Assembly: GCA_963709585.1 (NCBI GenBank)
Contig: CAVPXI010000007.1
Span: 416,001 to 480,000 of the forward strand
Source of the DNA: Candidatus Dormiibacterota bacterium
GTDB taxonomy: Bacteria; Chloroflexota; Dormibacteria; Aeolococcales; Aeolococcaceae
DNA: 64,000 nt
Direction of reading: 5' to 3'
Of this stretch, positions 60,846 to 64,000 are shown in pieces. The position numbers and the translations under genes were made by a program. Numbering within the stretch: position 1 is the first letter of the stretch; each line of letters begins with the position of its first letter. Under the pieces are notes generated by a model that was given only the letters and a program-made list of their open reading frames with translations, had not been told where the DNA came from and made no database searches.

Positions 60846-61904
60846 GTGACCAGCCGCGCTCAGGGCGTCATCGCCCGCTGGGGCGACCGTCTCGCGCTCG
60901 ATCCCGGCGCGCCGCGCATCAGCCTCGGCGAAGGGGCCACGCCGTGCGTGGAGTCGCTGACCATCGGCCCGTCCCTGGGCCTGGCCTCGCTGCACTTCAA
61001 GCTCGAGGGCCTGAATCCGACCGGTTCCTTCAAAGATCGGGGCATGGTGGTCGCGGTGGCGGCGGCGCTCCAGGCGGGCAGCCGGGCGATCATCTGCGCG
61101 TCGACGGGGAACACCAGCGCGTCGGCGGCGGCGTACGGCGGGCGCTTCGGGCTGCGCACCGTCGTGGTCGTGCCCCAGGGACACATCGCCTCGGGCAAGC
61201 TGGTCCAGGCACGGGTCCACGGCGCCACCGTCGTGAGCATCACCGGCGGCTTCGACGTCGCCCTCCGCATCGTGCGCGAGCTCTGCGAACGCCACCCGGT
61301 CACGCTGGTCAACAGCCTGAACCCGAATCGCATCGAGGGCCAGAAGACGGCGGCGTTCGAGATCGTCGAGGAGCTCGGCGATGCCCCCGACGTGCTCGCG
61401 CTTCCCGTCGGCAATGCGGGCAACATCACCGCCTACTGGCGCGGATTTCGCGAGGATCACCGCGACGGGCGCGCCAGCCGGCTGCCCCGGATGTTCGGTG
61501 GCCAGGCGTCGGGGGCGGCGCCACTCGTCCTGGGACGGCCGGTCGACGATCCGCAGACGGTCGCGACCGCGATCCGGATCGGCAATCCGGCCTCGTGGCA
61601 GGGCGCGATCGAGGCTCGCGACCAGTCGGAGGGGATGATCGCCGCGGTCGGAGACGACGCCATCCTCGACGCCCAGCGGCGCCTGGCACGGCTCGAGGGG
61701 ATCTTCTGCGAGCCGGCGTCGGCCGCGTCGCTCGCCGTCCTAGAGCGCGCGATCGCGGAGGGGGCGGTGGCCACGGGGACCCACGCCGTCTGCGTGCTCA
61801 CCGGCAACGGGTTGAAGGATCCGAGCGCGGTCGAGGCCACACTCACGCCGATCCTCGAGATTCCGGCCGACGCGAGCGCTCTGGCAAGCGCGGTCGAGCT
61901 CTGA
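60846..61904 (+). CDS. thrC: Threonine synthase
   Basis: NPTGSFKDRGM, CASTGNTSAS, PVGNAGNI, LTGNGLKD. Confidence 0.96.
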   Translation: MTSRAQGVIARWGDRLALDPGAPRISLGEGATPCVESLTIGPSLGLASLHFKLEGLNPTGSFKDRGMVVAVAAALQAGSRAIICASTGNTSASAAAYGGRFGLRTVVVVPQGHIASGKLVQARVHGATVVSITGGFDVALRIVRELCERHPVTLVNSLNPNRIEGQKTAAFEIVEELGDAPDVLALPVGNAGNITAYWRGFREDHRDGRASRLPRMFGGQASGAAPLVLGRPVDDPQTVATAIRIGNPASWQGAIEARDQSEGMIAAVGDDAILDAQRRLARLEGIFCEPASAASLAVLERAIAEGAVATGTHAVCVLTGNGLKDPSAVEATLTPILEIPADASALASAVEL

Positions 61905-61914
61905 GCAGCTCGCC

Positions 61915-62811
61915 ATGCGTGTTCGTGTCGCCGTCCCCGCAAGCGTTGCCAACCTCGGACCGGGCTTCGACATCCTCGCGATGGCGCTCCAGCTTCAGAA
62001 CGAGGTCCGTGCCGAGCAGCGACCGGGTGCGCTATCCATCGATGCCGGTCCCGATGCCCCTCTGGAGCTCAACGATCCCGAGCGCAACCTGGTCACCACC
62101 GCCTACTCGCAGTCGTGCGCGGCCCTCGGCGTCCCCGCCGCCGGTGTGCACTTCACATGCGTGAACCGGATTCCGATCGGGAGGGGGATGGGGTCGAGCG
62201 CGGCCGCGGCGCTCGCGGGCGTCCTCGTGGCCACCGCCCTGCACCAGGCGCCGTGGGACGAGGACGACGTGCTCGAGCGCGTCGCGGCGCTCGAGGGCCA
62301 TCGCGACAACGCCGCGGCGGCGCTGCTCGGGGGTCTCGCGATCTGTGCCCCGGATGCCCCGGCGGTCCAGATGGCGGTATCCGACGACCTGCGCGCCGTG
62401 CTCTTCATCCCCGACCTGCCGTTCACGACGACGGAGGCGCGCCAGGTGGTCCCCGCCTCGTTCAGCAGGGCCGATGCGATCTTCAACGCGGGGCGCTGCG
62501 CGCTGCTGGTCCGGGCGCTCGCGCTGGGCGATCACGCCGCGCTCCGCGTGGCCATGCAGGATCGCTGGCATCAGGACGCTCGCTTCGCGCTCATGAAAGG
62601 ACCGCGCGAGATCATCGCCGCGGCAGAAGGTGCCGGGGCGTCCGGCGCGGCGCTCGCTGGTGCGGGGCCGTCGGTGATCGCGCTGACGCCGCTTGACCCG
62701 GCGCCGATCGTCGCCGCGATGGCCGCTGCGGCGGCGAGCATGGGCGTGAGCGGAGGGACCATGGTGCTGCGACCGCGCAACTACGGCACCCGGGTGGACG
62801 TGTCGCCGTGA
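61915..62811 (+). CDS. thrB: Homoserine kinase
   Basis: PASVANLGPGFD, PIGRGMGSSAA, EGHRDN, GAGPS. Confidence 0.96.
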   Translation: MRVRVAVPASVANLGPGFDILAMALQLQNEVRAEQRPGALSIDAGPDAPLELNDPERNLVTTAYSQSCAALGVPAAGVHFTCVNRIPIGRGMGSSAAAALAGVLVATALHQAPWDEDDVLERVAALEGHRDNAAAALLGGLAICAPDAPAVQMAVSDDLRAVLFIPDLPFTTTEARQVVPASFSRADAIFNAGRCALLVRALALGDHAALRVAMQDRWHQDARFALMKGPREIIAAAEGAGASGAALAGAGPSVIALTPLDPAPIVAAMAAAAASMGVSGGTMVLRPRNYGTRVDVSP

Positions 62812-64000
62812 CCCGGGTCGTCCAGAAGTACGGAGGCTCGAGCGTCGCGACGCCGATGAAGCTGCGCCGGGTCGCGCGCCGGATTCGCGAGTCGCTGGAA
62901 GCGGGAACCGAGGTCGTTGTGGTGGTGAGCGCCATGGGTGACACCACCGATGAGCTGATCGCGCTCGCTCATCGGGTCACCGCCGATCCGCCGTCGCGTG
63001 AGATGGACATGCTGCTGAGCAGTGGTGAGACGATCACCGCGCCACTGCTCGCCATGGCGCTGCACGCCGGAGGCACGCCCGCGATCTCGCTGACCGGCGC
63101 GCAGGCGGGCATCCGCACCAGTGGCGCGCACCGCACCGCGCGCATCGTCGACATCGTCCCGCAGCGCGTGCTCGACGAGCTCGAACGCGGCAATGTCGTG
63201 GTGGTCGCCGGGTTCCAGGGGGCGACCGAGGACATGGACGTCACGACGCTCGGCCGGGGCGGGTCCGATACCACTGCGGTCGCGCTCGCGGTGGCGATCC
63301 GCGCCGACCACTGCGAGATCTTCACCGACGTGCCCGGCGTGCACACCGCCGATCCCCGGATCGTTGCGAACGCGCAGGTGATCGCCTCGATCGACTACGA
63401 CGAGATGCTCGAGCTCGCCTCGGCCGGAGCGCGGGTGATGCATCCACGCGCCGTCGAGATCGGCGAGGCGTACTCGATGGAGATTCGCGTCCGATCCACG
63501 TTCGACAAGGAACCGGGGACAATCATCGCGAAGCAGAACGCCATGGAAATACGCCAGAAGGTGCGCGCCATCGCGCACGAGACCGACGTCGCAAAGGTGA
63601 CGATCCTGCGCGTCCCCGACAAGCCGGGTGTTGCCGCGTCGATCTTCGGCCCCTTCGGCGATGCCGGGATCGACATCGACATCGTGCTCCAGAACGTCGG
63701 TCACGACGGCACCACCGATGTGAGCTTCACCATCGCCGAGTCGCACCTGGCGAAGGCGCGCCGGATGCTGCCGTCGGTGGCAAAGAGCGTGGAGGCGCAC
63801 GGATACACGGCCATGGCGGGAATCGCCAAGGTCACCGTCATCGGCAGCGGGCTCAAGGGAACTCCAGGGCTCTACGCGAAGATCTTCCGAGCGCTCGCCG
63901 ACTCGGGCATCAACATCCAGATGATCGCCACCAGCGAGATCCACGTGACCTGCATCATCGATCGTCCGCGCGTCCGCGATGCCGTCCGCGCACTGCACAC
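62808..64000 (+). CDS. lysC: Aspartate kinase (runs off the window)
   Basis: Not in ORF track. GTG 62808 gives VQKYGGSSV, VVSAMGDTTD, VAGFQG, TLGRGGSDTTAV and ACT domains. Confidence 0.95.
   Translation, partial: MTRVVQKYGGSSVATPMKLRRVARRIRESLEAGTEVVVVVSAMGDTTDELIALAHRVTADPPSREMDMLLSSGETITAPLLAMALHAGGTPAISLTGAQAGIRTSGAHRTARIVDIVPQRVLDELERGNVVVVAGFQGATEDMDVTTLGRGGSDTTAVALAVAIRADHCEIFTDVPGVHTADPRIVANAQVIASIDYDEMLELASAGARVMHPRAVEIGEAYSMEIRVRSTFDKEPGTIIAKQNAMEIRQKVRAIAHETDVAKVTILRVPDKPGVAASIFGPFGDAGIDIDIVLQNVGHDGTTDVSFTIAESHLAKARRMLPSVAKSVEAHGYTAMAGIAKVTVIGSGLKGTPGLYAKIFRALADSGINIQMIATSEIHVTCIIDRPRVRDAVRALH

Overview
High-GC bacterial chromosomal window with no rRNA, tRNA, CRISPR array or transposase visible. 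Gene style suggests a soil Terrabacteria lineage such as Ca. Dormibacterota/Chloroflexota (inference only). 1-12.6 kb is accessory: a repeat lipoprotein, a MarR unit with twin palindromic operators, a COG4280 transporter, formaldehyde dehydrogenase, a three-subunit Co-type nitrile/thiocyanate hydrolase, PAS-EAL and an ECF remnant. The rest is mostly core: purB-C-S-Q-L-F, an ECF/large anti-sigma pair, guaB3-guaA-purD-purE followed by a two-subunit pyruvate-carboxylase-like pair, gdh, a histone-H1-like repeat protein, ltaE, a GGDEF protein, infA, metH, GT-C glycosyltransferases, thiolase, tldD/E, an orphan peptide-binding lipoprotein with a two-component system, and hom-thrC-thrB-lysC. Best leads: (1) a PycB-like protein whose carboxyltransferase metal and pyruvate ligands are almost all replaced while its biotin carrier and partner biotin carboxylase are intact, sitting after purE where purK normally is; (2) a ~300-nt structured element between purS and purQ, with a one-sided synonymous C->T footprint in purQ; (3) tandem NrdR-like boxes ahead of guaB3; (4) 7 of about 11 frameshifts and several substitutions fall on GA(C/G)TC, probably a methylation motif revealed by long-read miscalls. 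All calls come from reading the sequence; no searches were run.
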